Positions 28,774 through 37,652 of a stretch of 64,000 nucleotides of DNA are shown here, one piece after another; position 1 is the first letter of the stretch; every line of letters begins with the position of its first letter. The notes beneath the pieces are model-generated. The model saw nothing but the letters and a program-made list of their open reading frames with translations, was not told the origin of the DNA and made no database searches. Source of the DNA: Candidatus Thorarchaeota archaeon (GTDB lineage Archaea > Asgardarchaeota > Thorarchaeia > Thorarchaeales > Thorarchaeaceae); the NCBI GenBank assembly GCA_046758445.1, contig JBHIAE010000002.1:1-64000 (forward strand), in the 5' to 3' direction. A program made the position numbers and the translations under genes.

Positions 28774-28965
28774 CTAGTATCGACTTCTCACAATTGTCAC
28801 ATAATAGACCAAGGACGTAACAATGACCGCGAGAAACAGTAACCATACTAACTGGTGCATCCATAGAGGGTCCAAGTTGGCGACGAAGATCCCTCCTATC
28901 GAGAAGAGTACAACCTCAAGAATCAGCAGGTTCCGCAATGCTAATCGATGTACGGTCAGGTCCAT
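28774..28965 (-). CDS. Small 2-TM membrane protein
   Basis: 63 aa, GAGGAGGT before the ATG, two hydrophobic helices. Confidence 0.6.
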   Translation of the reverse strand: MDLTVHRLALRNLLILEVVLFSIGGIFVANLDPLWMHQLVWLLFLAVIVTSLVYYVTIVRSRY

Positions 28966-29225
28966 ACCTCCTCATATGATATCAATCGCTTTTGTCCTCT
29001 CTTCTTGTCACAAATGGAATAGTATGCAATTTTCAGAGGGTACGACCAGAGTCACTGTGTTTTCACGTTTTGGAACAGAGTAGGAGCTGATTCTCATACA
29101 GCTCCTTATGCTCTAGTTGATCTCTTGGTGTCAGCTTCCCCCTTTGTCGGCACACCTAGTTAATTCGAGGGATTGAGTTCAGACGTTCGTGGAATGAAAA
29201 GAAACCATAGAGACCTAGAGCAATC

Positions 29226-29240
29226 TTTAAAAACTATATA
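29226..29240 (+). promoter_or_regulatory. TATA-like promoter of the 5S rRNA gene
   Basis: TTTAAAAACTATATA about 20-30 nt upstream of the 5S 5' end. Confidence 0.6.
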
Positions 29241-29257
29241 GGCGACCAACGGCTTGA

Positions 29258-29404
29258 TGCCGGCCATAGGTCCTAGGGCTCACCCGATCCCATTCCGAAC
29301 TCGGCAGTTAAAAGCTATTGGAGTCATTCCATGAGCTGACTTCGGCTAGGATCGTTGCGGAAGATGTGCGCTGCGCGAGCGCGTGACAGGTCCGTAAGCC
29401 GGCA
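29258..29404 (+). rRNA. rrf: 5S rRNA (147 nt, with about 30-nt expansion)
   Basis: Helix I TGCCGGC/GCCGGCA, CATAG, helix II GGTCCTAG/CTAGGATC, loop C CCCGATCCCATTCCGAACTCGG, GCGAGC hairpin tip; followed by T-rich tracts. Confidence 0.92.
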
Positions 29405-29822
29405 CATTTTCCTTTTACCGATTTTTCTGATGTGATAACCCAATTGCGTCACGAATCTCGTCTTTGAAGATTCCAACAACAATACTAGATACTGCTGTAG
29501 CTACTGAAACCACCACAGGATTGCCGCTCAGTGATAGGTGGACTCCAAAGCATTAGGACAAATGTGGTCAAGCACGTTGCGAAGGCATGGGGCTCTGAGT
29601 CCAAGTATGCAAAGTCCTGCCTGCGTCAGCCCGCAAAACAGGTGCCATGGTGATTAGGTTAGGTATGCGCTTGCTTGAAAACGCGTTGTTCTTAGACCTC
29701 GTACGCCACAAGCTTATGGAAGTCTAGCTGCAGACCCGAAGAGATCTCTCGTGAGTTCTGCCAGACAAGATCTTAAGTCGGCCCATTCAGCTTGATGAGT
29801 GTTGTCAAAGGGTGGTGCATAA

Positions 29823-30640
29823 ATGAATACCAGGAGTGCAGCTCTGAGAGTTTCTCTGTTATTGGTCCTTTGCCTTTCCCAGGTCAGCTCAGCATCTTCT
29901 CATTCACAGACACTTGCCAATCCTTTGATGCGCTCCGACTCTTCCTCAGGTGGGCCTTACATCTCTTGGCCACCACCACCCATCCGGACCTATTTGTGGA
30001 TGGTGCATATACGGGTCAGACTCAAGATGTGTTTGAATACCAGACCATGGTGAATGACTCCGATGGAGTTGATGTTGTCCTATTCCGATTCAAATGGGAA
30101 GGCGACGATGACTGGCTGAACGGGACGACTGTCAGGACTGAGGGTGATGAGTTTCAAGGCACATACAAGGGCAACCTGTCCTGGCCTGCACCTGGTGGAG
30201 GGACCTTTCAGTTCAAAGTATTTGCCAATGATACCCTTGGAAACTGGAATGAAACCAGTCCGATGACTGTCCATTTCGGTTATCTCTATTTCCCCTTTTA
30301 CTACATTCCTCAGTTCTGGCTATTGGTCACATGCGTTCTGATCGTGCCTCCGCTGACACTGGTCGCAGTTAGGAGGCTGAAACGCAGGGTTTCTGGCTAC
30401 TCCAAGAGCTTCAGACAACTACAGGCTGGAGGAATGAGGACCTCAGTCAAACTGGTGCTGACTGGACTCTTGGCATTTGTAGCATTGTTATCAACTGGCT
30501 ACACGTTGTCTATGGCCGGGGGGTCGCTGAACGCCGGGCTCGGTTCAGTTCAGGCCGCACATGGAGTCCTGGGGGTCAGCGTAGGCCTGATAGCGGTCGT
30601 CGTGCCTTCTTATATCATGGTTCAAGTGCTGAAGATGTAG
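29823..30640 (+). pseudogene. Frameshifted secreted, membrane-anchored protein (paralog 1), read through into a small membrane ORF
   Basis: Signal peptide MNTRSAALRVSLLLVLCL in one frame; DSDGVDVV...FANDTLGNW plus TM in another; shift at CCACCACCACCC (29970-29981); internal GGAGGA-ATG at 30434. Confidence 0.65.
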
Positions 30641-30718
30641 AGGTTCGCCCACGTGAAAGTTTCCAGGTAGGCGAGGAACCTCTCTCTCTGAACTGGTAGG
30701 AAGCTCTGCTTGTTTTTG

Positions 30719-31279
30719 TCAAGTCTTGGGCCGCAACATCCCTCGTCTTAGAGTCACACCAACCGCCATTATCAATGTTCCCACTCCAATGACGACCAGA
30801 ACCAACACAGGCGTGGGGTCAGGGGCTGGCCAGTCCCATGTGTAATAGTGTTGGACAACATCTGAAACACCACTATGACCGAGTGTGTCGTTAGCCACGT
30901 ACCGGATATCCCAGACATAGACCCCAGGTTCAGGGACTTCGACATGAAGATATGCCCGATAACGAGACCTCGTGGAGTTCTCATCCACGTCCTGCATGGT
31001 GATGTTAGACCATAGACCCTCAGTCCGGTTTCTGTATGAGGCTATGACAGTCTCGAGCCCATCTGGGTCTTCAACTGTGACTAGGAAGGTGATAATGGTC
31101 TCAGGATCGAATCCATCTGCATAGGAATCTCTATAGTCTGAGAATGTGGGTCCCTGACCGTTGCTCAGTGCATGGCAGGACCTGAGAAAGCATTGTGGCT
31201 CTTTGGTCCACGTAGGAGAAACACACATTAGGATGACCCAAGTGAGAACGGTCATCCTCAACAAGGAGATACCTGCCAT
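30719..31279 (-). CDS. Secreted, C-terminally anchored protein (paralog 2)
   Basis: Signal peptide, GPTF, DPDGLETV, VANDTLGH, TM plus basic tail; the track start 31384 is probably too long. Confidence 0.75.
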   Translation of the reverse strand: MAGISLLRMTVLTWVILMCVSPTWTKEPQCFLRSCHALSNGQGPTFSDYRDSYADGFDPETIITFLVTVEDPDGLETVIASYRNRTEGLWSNITMQDVDENSTRSRYRAYLHVEVPEPGVYVWDIRYVANDTLGHSGVSDVVQHYYTWDWPAPDPTPVLVLVVIGVGTLIMAVGVTLRRGMLRPKT

Positions 31280-31509
31280 CACACCCACCATTCTAGAGTA
31301 TGTGTGACTCCCGATATAACCTAACTCCAATTCGACCGTTGGGATTGCAGAACTCAATAGCCGCCTATTCTTAAAAGTTGGCATAACACGAGGCTAGAGT
31401 ACTGTGTCGTTAGGATAATCTGTATATGAGTGGAGGACTAGTGTAGGTCAACCACTGGATCAGCACAGCACAGGGCCTTCCTTTCGCCTATCATGCGTAC
31501 TCCTCGATG

Positions 31510-31539
31510 CAGGTCCGCAAGCCGGCACATTCTCCTTTT
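31510..31539 (+). repeat. 5S rRNA 3'-end fragment B
   Basis: CAGGTCCGCAAGCCGGCACATTCTCCTTTT vs 5S CAGGTCCGTAAGCCGGCACATTTTCCTTTT (28/30). Confidence 0.85.
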
Positions 31540-31644
31540 GAATGAAGACTAACGAGCTCTAGCAATGGCAATCATTGTCGTCATTTGTCATAGTCCTTGT
31601 CAGGCATGATTGAAATCCATAAATGAAGAACTAACCATACTAGT

Positions 31645-32277
31645 TTGATCGAAATGCTGTCAGGAATACTGCGGATTTTGAAGGCCACTTCCATTCTTCT
31701 GATGGTCTTCCTGTCTGCCTCGACCCAAAGTACGATTCTGCACAATGACCAGTTAGAACCAGCAGGGGTTTTGGATGCCTATGTGATCAGTTCCGAAGGG
31801 CCATCCTTCAACTACCCTCATGGCAATAGGTCGCATGATCTCATTCAAACTCCTGACCCACTAGTAATCCGGGTAGGAATTGAGGTTGAAGTGGTTGATC
31901 CTGACGGAGTTGACACTGTAATTGGAAGCTGGGCTAATGCGCATGACCCTTATGACCTAGAACTCGCATGGGTCAACGTGACGATGCAATATACCCCGAC
32001 AGAGATGTACCCAGACTTGTATACTGCTTGGGTTCTCAACTACACTTGGGGTATAGACGACTGGGGGTCTTTCTGGTATAACAAGGCATATGCCAATGAT
32101 ACTCTTGGACATTGGTCTACCTCCGCAGTCTGGTATTCAAGTTTCTCTGTGATTGCGACTCCGCCTTCTCCAAATGCGTTCATTATTGGCTTCATCTATG
32201 TTGTGGGGATTCTGGCTATTGTCATAGTATATGCCTCAATACAGTGGCCAAGAATTCAGGGATTACTGAACAGGTGA
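31645..32277 (+). CDS. Secreted, C-terminally anchored protein (paralog 3)
   Basis: Signal peptide, GPSF, DPDGVDTV, AYANDTLGHW, C-terminal TM. Confidence 0.8.
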   Translation: MIEMLSGILRILKATSILLMVFLSASTQSTILHNDQLEPAGVLDAYVISSEGPSFNYPHGNRSHDLIQTPDPLVIRVGIEVEVVDPDGVDTVIGSWANAHDPYDLELAWVNVTMQYTPTEMYPDLYTAWVLNYTWGIDDWGSFWYNKAYANDTLGHWSTSAVWYSSFSVIATPPSPNAFIIGFIYVVGILAIVIVYASIQWPRIQGLLNR

Positions 32278-32413
32278 TGGGCGTATCAAATGAGATCAGG
32301 GTATAGTTGCCGATCGCGGTGTCATTGCTTATTGGCATCGCAACGTTGGGAGTCCTCTTCCTGAGAGTTAGGTCAGGAGAAAGGACTAGGGCAAGGTCGA
32401 TTGCTCATGATGA

Positions 32414-32470
32414 AGGAGATGTGCGCTGCGCGAGCGCGTGACAGGCCTGCAAGCCGGCACGTCTTCCTTC
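32414..32470 (+). repeat. 5S rRNA 3'-end fragment C
   Basis: 29-nt exact match (32417-32445 = 29362-29390); 41/44 identity through AAGCCGGCAC. Confidence 0.92.
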
Positions 32471-32494
32471 TCTGAAATCGCGTAGTCAAAGTGA

Positions 32495-32803
32495 CTAATA
32501 AGGCGAGGATGAAAACGACGATCTCTTCAATCCTCTTCTCAGGAGGAGGAAACCATCCAGAAACACCACAATCGTGATCAGTGCAGGCAGCAGTCGTAGC
32601 TCCAACGGAGGCTGCCAGCCATGATGGTCAGCAAAGAAGATACTGGCGAGGATAAGGATACTGGAAAAGGATAGCATAGCAAATGGAGCGAGCAAAAACA
32701 TGCAGGATGCATCTGGTTCATCAAGGACTCGCGGTATCGCTACACGCAGAATGACATATAGAACAAGCCCAAACCCAAAAAGAGCAAAGATCTCCAAGTT
32801 CAC
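32495..32803 (-). CDS. Small 3-TM membrane protein
   Basis: 102 aa hydrophobic ORF converging on fragment C. Confidence 0.6.
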   Translation of the reverse strand: MNLEIFALFGFGLVLYVILRVAIPRVLDEPDASCMFLLAPFAMLSFSSILILASIFFADHHGWQPPLELRLLPALITIVVFLDGFLLLRRGLKRSSFSSSPY

Positions 32804-32820
32804 AAGTAATCATATCCTCG

Positions 32821-33636
32821 TTACATGCATGGTCTGTAGTCATTTCTTCTTCCAAGCCAGTCCCCAATGAGGCCACCAGACACCATCGACACAATCAGAA
32901 GCCAAGGCATGCGTAGCCACCAAGGCATGACCGAAAAGCGTGGGCCAATGAGTAATGCTAACGGGAGGGCTATGAACCAGATACCGATGAAACACGACCC
33001 CATGAGAATGAAGATTGCCCGCCAAATTCGCCGGGACGGAACTGTGCGGATGTAGTACGCTGAGGCAAAGCCAAGTGGCGTGACTACGACATAAGCCAAG
33101 GTGTTTGAAGCCAGCAAAAGTTCAAGATTAACTAGCATTATGTACACGATCAGCATTGCAACGAAAGGTACAACTCCTATGAGGAGCCAGTAGCTCCTGA
33201 CACTTCGTTTCCACCAGAATGGTATCCGGAAGTCCATAGTTTGGTTCTCTTCCTTCAACTGATCCATATTCGCTATCTTGATGTCTGGATTTGCTCTAGG
33301 TCTTACTTCAATGACTCGAGTTCCTTCAGCAAAATCAGTATTCCCAAGCAGGTCTGCCAATCGCTTTACAGCTTGTTCCTCATCCAGACTTCCTACGTTC
33401 AATCCCTCTGTTGCATTGAAAATGCAAGACTGGAGAAGAGTGGCGGACGTGCCAAACGGCCCATCAAAAAGGTCAGCAGCTTCCAATGAGTCCCATAATT
33501 GCTCGGCGATGTTGAGATAGCGGTCGCCATTCCATGGCTGGTTAACCCAGTCTTGGATGATATTGTGAAGTGTGTCTTCTACATCGTTTTCTGATTCTCT
33601 CTTCGTACGATTCATCTCAAGCGCCAGCTTTACCAC
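32821..33636 (-). CDS. Hypothetical protein, soluble N-domain plus about 4 TM helices
   Basis: 271-aa ORF with hydrophobic C-terminal half. Confidence 0.7.
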   Translation of the reverse strand: MVKLALEMNRTKRESENDVEDTLHNIIQDWVNQPWNGDRYLNIAEQLWDSLEAADLFDGPFGTSATLLQSCIFNATEGLNVGSLDEEQAVKRLADLLGNTDFAEGTRVIEVRPRANPDIKIANMDQLKEENQTMDFRIPFWWKRSVRSYWLLIGVVPFVAMLIVYIMLVNLELLLASNTLAYVVVTPLGFASAYYIRTVPSRRIWRAIFILMGSCFIGIWFIALPLALLIGPRFSVMPWWLRMPWLLIVSMVSGGLIGDWLGRRNDYRPCM

Positions 33637-33731
33637 TCACGAGTGATAGTGCTATTCCCACGGACCGCTGATTGTTGTCGACAACTAAGGTATCCTCTTG
33701 AAACATCTTAAACGCTTGGTTGAGGAAAAGC

Positions 33732-33763
33732 GACAGATTCGCAAGCAGGCACAACCTCATTTT
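33732..33763 (+). repeat. Degenerate 5S rRNA 3'-end fragment D
   Basis: GACAGATTCGCAAGCAGGCACA vs GACAGGTCCGTAAGCCGGCACA (18/22), followed by a T-tract. Confidence 0.55.
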
Positions 33764-33808
33764 GCACAATCGCATACAAAATGCATATCCATTGTAGTTG
33801 ATAGGATC

Positions 33809-34057
33809 CTAGCAGTCCCGGAGTCTGTCAAGAGCTAGGAGCACTAGACCTGATACGGCAATAATAACTCCCAGAGGGAAGAGAAAGAGTAGACCTGCAG
33901 TCCCCAATAGAATTGGCCCTGTTGAATATGGAGGTCTGTTGGCCCAGTACCGTTCCATTAAGTATGCATCAAGAAGAACTCCGAAGATCGCAATAGTGAT
34001 GCCAATCAAGACAAGTCTAATTCCCTTGGAACGAGTTACGGAGCTCTGTTGTTTCAT
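33809..34057 (-). CDS. Small 2-TM membrane protein
   Basis: 82 aa, two hydrophobic helices, converging on fragment D. Confidence 0.6.
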   Translation of the reverse strand: MKQQSSVTRSKGIRLVLIGITIAIFGVLLDAYLMERYWANRPPYSTGPILLGTAGLLFLFPLGVIIAVSGLVLLALDRLRDC

Positions 34058-34171
34058 AAGAAAATCGTCATCTAAATGGCACTATCGATATGTAATTCTT
34101 CCTATAATCATCTTAGTAAAGGTCTGAATAATGATGAAGGGAATCATGAACCATGACTGGAACATCTTTAT

Positions 34172-34378
34172 TTGACGACCCTTCCCGACATCCGACTGTG
34201 GAAGAACATGGCTGGCAAAGCACGCTCTGGAAAAGAGGTCGCTCAAAAGGGGAGATACATGATTGTCGATAGGAAGATGCGCATTGACTGGATAACCTCC
34301 AAGATTCCTCTCCTGGATGAGGAACACCTCAAGCTCGTAGAAGGGATAATCAGGAGATTCATGAAGGAGGACGTCTAG
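34172..34378 (+). CDS. Small hypothetical protein
   Basis: Amphipathic helical ORF; start may be ATG 34208 or 34259. Confidence 0.4.
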   Translation: MTTLPDIRLWKNMAGKARSGKEVAQKGRYMIVDRKMRIDWITSKIPLLDEEHLKLVEGIIRRFMKEDV

Positions 34379-34519
34379 ACCTCTCCTGAGCACCTCCAAC
34401 AGCATTCCGAAACTGCCTCCAATAGGGTTTTCGGAGAATCACTGGCGAAACCTTCATATCATGACCTGAATTCAGGCTCATGCTTGTATTGAAGCAGGCA
34501 CTCGGACTGGCCTCTTAAT

Positions 34520-34655
34520 GGGGCGGTGGCCTAGTCCGGCATGGCGACGGGCTCCAGATCTGGACTCACTTCGAGTCCGAAAGCACGGGGTCGTGATGCT
34601 GACCGTCGTCGAAGACACTCGTCGATCGTGGGTTCGAATCCCACTCGCCCCACCA
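34520..34655 (+). tRNA. tRNA-Trp(CCA) with 59-nt intron at 37/38 (34558-34616)
   Basis: Acceptor GGGGCGG/TCGCCCC, anticodon loop CT-CCA-G|A, T-arm GTGGGTTCGAATCCCAC, encoded CCA. Confidence 0.92.
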
Positions 34656-34716
34656 TTTCTATTATCCTGTCACTTACCTTGACAACGATTAAGTAGGTCG
34701 AACCGACTGCCGTGAC

Positions 34717-35424
34717 GTGCTGACAATGAACCAAGCGGGCTCCAGGGAGATTGTGCTCGAAGGCACAGCAGGGGTGGATGAAGCAGGACGGGGCCCCATG
34801 ATTGGCCCGTTGGTGGTCTGCGGTGTCCTGTTTGACAGTGAAGCAATCCCTGATTTGAAACGCCTTGGAGTTCGGGACTCAAAGACCCTGGCTCCGAAGC
34901 GACGGAGCGAGCTTGCAGCATCAGTCCAGACGATGGCCAAGAAGGTTGAAACTAGGTCTGTCACCGCAGAGGAGATTGACAGACTCAGAGGGAGAGGAGT
35001 TTCACTCAACGAGATTGAGGTTCACCAGTTCGCATCCGTCCTGAAAGAGTTGAGTCCCAAAGTAGCATACTTGGATGCAGCAGACGTAAAGGCTGACAGG
35101 TTTGGTCAGGCAGTCGGAGAACGTAGCGGGCTTCTAGCACTTGGATGTAATCTGATCTCAGAACATAAGGCAGACTCAAAGTACCCCGTGGTTTCTGCCG
35201 CGTCAATAATTGCAAAGGAGCAGCGAGAAACTATCATTTCTAACCTTCATGAAAGGCATGGGGACTTTGGATCAGGGTATCCTAATGATCCAAAATCAGT
35301 GAGGTTCGTTCAGAGTCTTGCAGATGAAGGTCGGGAGATTCCATCCATAATTCGCAAGAGTTGGGAGTCTGTTAGAAGAATCCTAGACAATGCTGCCACC
35401 ATGCAATCTACTCTAGATGACTGA
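34717..35424 (+). CDS. rnhB: Ribonuclease HII
   Basis: GVDEAGRGPMIGPL, VRDSK, VSAASIIAK, GSGYP. Confidence 0.96.
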   Translation: MLTMNQAGSREIVLEGTAGVDEAGRGPMIGPLVVCGVLFDSEAIPDLKRLGVRDSKTLAPKRRSELAASVQTMAKKVETRSVTAEEIDRLRGRGVSLNEIEVHQFASVLKELSPKVAYLDAADVKADRFGQAVGERSGLLALGCNLISEHKADSKYPVVSAASIIAKEQRETIISNLHERHGDFGSGYPNDPKSVRFVQSLADEGREIPSIIRKSWESVRRILDNAATMQSTLDD

Positions 35425-35428
35425 TGGA

Positions 35429-36418
35429 CTACTGCTCTGACCTTTCGTCGATTATCTTCTTCAGCTCACGAGGTTTGTCTATGTCATCCAGTTCAAGCTG
35501 CCTTATCACAGGCACTTCCGATGCACAGTCTTCTGTCTGCCCTTCCTCAACAATGACTACTGCGTCTGATTCAGTGACCCTTGAAACGCTCCTCATGATC
35601 TCCATGCGTTTCTGTAGAGTCCAACTCCTGATTGAGCCAACTCCAGACATCAACGGAGGCCCATCCTCCGTTGCAACCGCGTGGAAGGGCGCTCTGTCAG
35701 TCCACCATACACTCATTCCCAGCTTCTCAAAGAAGTCATTGACACGTCTTCTGATGCCTTCAGTTTCATCGTCAGCTGACGGAGGCGATGATGTGGTGGA
35801 TTGAGGTAGGTCTCTGTGAGCCACAGTTTCGGACAGGAGATCAACGGGTATCACTAGGCCTGTAAGGTCAATCTCAAGTTCGTTCTCAAGGCGGTCTGCC
35901 ACCTCAGCACTGACGTCTATCTCATCCTTCTCATAGGCCAAGATTGCTCGTGCAGATACCTGAATGCAGTCTGCAAGCTCTTCCTGGGTCATGCTGCGCG
36001 ATAGGCGCACCTCTTTCAGCTTCGCGCCATCAATCGAAACGAATCGTCCGCCTCTCTGGATAAACTCTCTGGGCTTCCCCTCTTGTACAACCATGCTTTG
36101 GAAGCTGTGTGGTGCAACTGTAGGCACACCGTATCTCCTGTATACAACTCCTTCGTCCAAGATTCCTCTTCGAGTCTTCCTGCCTACAATGAGAGGAACT
36201 GCGTCAAAGAACTGAGCCACGAGTTGGAGAGCCATCGCGTCTTCTTTGGTGAATGCGTCTATGTTGGTGAGAGCCTTGACTAGAACAAGCTGCTCTCCCC
36301 TTCGTGCCACCAAATCAAAGCAGCTTGGCCTGACAATGCATTGGGTGGATATATCGAACCCAGCCTCTTCTAGGTTGGAAGTGACCTCTTGGATTAGCTG
36401 AGTTCGTGCCTTTGTCAT
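35429..36418 (-). CDS. Archaeal HTH transcriptional regulator (COG1395 type)
   Basis: CFDLVARR N-domain; XRE HTH MTQEELADCIQVSARAILAYE. Confidence 0.85.
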   Translation of the reverse strand: MTKARTQLIQEVTSNLEEAGFDISTQCIVRPSCFDLVARRGEQLVLVKALTNIDAFTKEDAMALQLVAQFFDAVPLIVGRKTRRGILDEGVVYRRYGVPTVAPHSFQSMVVQEGKPREFIQRGGRFVSIDGAKLKEVRLSRSMTQEELADCIQVSARAILAYEKDEIDVSAEVADRLENELEIDLTGLVIPVDLLSETVAHRDLPQSTTSSPPSADDETEGIRRRVNDFFEKLGMSVWWTDRAPFHAVATEDGPPLMSGVGSIRSWTLQKRMEIMRSVSRVTESDAVVIVEEGQTEDCASEVPVIRQLELDDIDKPRELKKIIDERSEQ

Positions 36419-36513
36419 CGCAAGGACCTTGTCCCCATTTCCTCTTGAAGGTTTTTAGGGGTTGCTGAATGTCACCCCTTGCATCAGGGCAAGAATCCCG
36501 AGAACGTCTTTGT

Positions 36514-36957
36514 CTAACCATTTTCGACGGTAGTAACGAAGCCAATGCATGTGGTGGAGGGAAACTTAAGCCGGACAGCCTGTACCTGTGGACGCACAAG
36601 CCTCTCAACAGGCCTCCAGTTCCAAAAGTCCTTCCATTCTAGGTCAACTTGTCCTAGGACACGATGAATCAAGAACAGTTCCATCTTTTCGCCCGCGATT
36701 GTATAGATTCCAGGTCCATAGTCCATTCTACGTAAGATTACTATCGGAAGCTTGACCTCCTCGTGGAATCGCGAGGGCACCTCCTTGGCAATCTTCGCTA
36801 TCTCCTCTTTTTTGAGAAAGGACACCTCACCTCCCCTCGTGACATAGTGAGGCGAATCAGATTCCATCAGCTCGCTTAGCGTACTTCTCTTCACAGGCAT
36901 GTGGTCGTTTATGGAGTCAATCTCGTGTTCCAGTATCTTATCAATAGGCGAAGTCAA
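36514..36957 (-). CDS. DUF61/UPF0216 family protein
   Basis: INDHMP..RSTLSEL, VKLPIVI; conserved position after fibrillarin. Confidence 0.75.
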   Translation of the reverse strand: MTSPIDKILEHEIDSINDHMPVKRSTLSELMESDSPHYVTRGGEVSFLKKEEIAKIAKEVPSRFHEEVKLPIVILRRMDYGPGIYTIAGEKMELFLIHRVLGQVDLEWKDFWNWRPVERLVRPQVQAVRLKFPSTTCIGFVTTVENG

Positions 36958-37652
36958 GATAGTTCCTCCGTGACCCGGCAGACCACAAATCGGTGGTCCT
37001 TCTCAAGCGGTTCAAGGTCGATATTCTCAACCACTTCGAGCCCATAGCCATCAAGCTTGGCAATCTCTTGACTGTAGATGGTATCAACAGGGGCGGTGGA
37101 ATCAATACTTCTGGCCTTGATTGCCATGAGCCCCCAGGCGCCAAAGGAGCAGAATGTCTTGATGTTCTGAAAGAAGATCCTGGCTTGGTCTGGTTGTGCG
37201 ATGTCTTGATACACTACATCGATAGGTCCGGCCACAAGTGAAGCATATCTCGTCGGATACCTTGCATCTTCAACAAGAGGGACCACATTAGTACGTGACT
37301 CAGCCAGCCCTAGAAGCCCCCTGGCAGCCCTCGGTGAGAACTCAACGGCGTATACTACACCCTCAGGACCCACAATGTCTGAGCAATGACTTGTGGTTGT
37401 TCCAGATGCTGCTCCAAGATAGAGTACTCTTGAGCCTGGCTGGATTGGCATCTGCACAAGACCTCTCTGAATGGCCGCTGCAAGTTTCGATCTCCTCGGA
37501 GTCCAAATTCGATATCCCTGATCTCCATCAACCACGACCTTCTCGCCATAGACGCTCTGGCGCGGAACGAGTGTGCAAGTAGCGAGCGAGGACTTTCCCC
37601 TGTCTTGAACCGTGAAGATGCCCGGAAACTTATGCGGTACTATCTTGGGCAC
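36954..37652 (-). CDS. flpA: Fibrillarin
   Basis: RSKLAAAI, VLYLGAASGTT, AVEFS, DIAQPDQ, IKARSID. Confidence 0.96.
   Translation of the reverse strand: MPKIVPHKFPGIFTVQDRGKSSLATCTLVPRQSVYGEKVVVDGDQGYRIWTPRRSKLAAAIQRGLVQMPIQPGSRVLYLGAASGTTTSHCSDIVGPEGVVYAVEFSPRAARGLLGLAESRTNVVPLVEDARYPTRYASLVAGPIDVVYQDIAQPDQARIFFQNIKTFCSFGAWGLMAIKARSIDSTAPVDTIYSQEIAKLDGYGLEVVENIDLEPLEKDHRFVVCRVTEELS

Noticed and set aside
27126-33763. CRISPR array interpretation of the repeats
   Set aside because: Spacing is about 1-2 kb with genes in between, and the repeat is 5S rRNA sequence.
34492-34501. AAGCAGGCAC, identical to the core of 5S fragment D, just before tRNA-Trp
   Set aside because: Only 10 nt with no flanking similarity; cannot be distinguished from chance.
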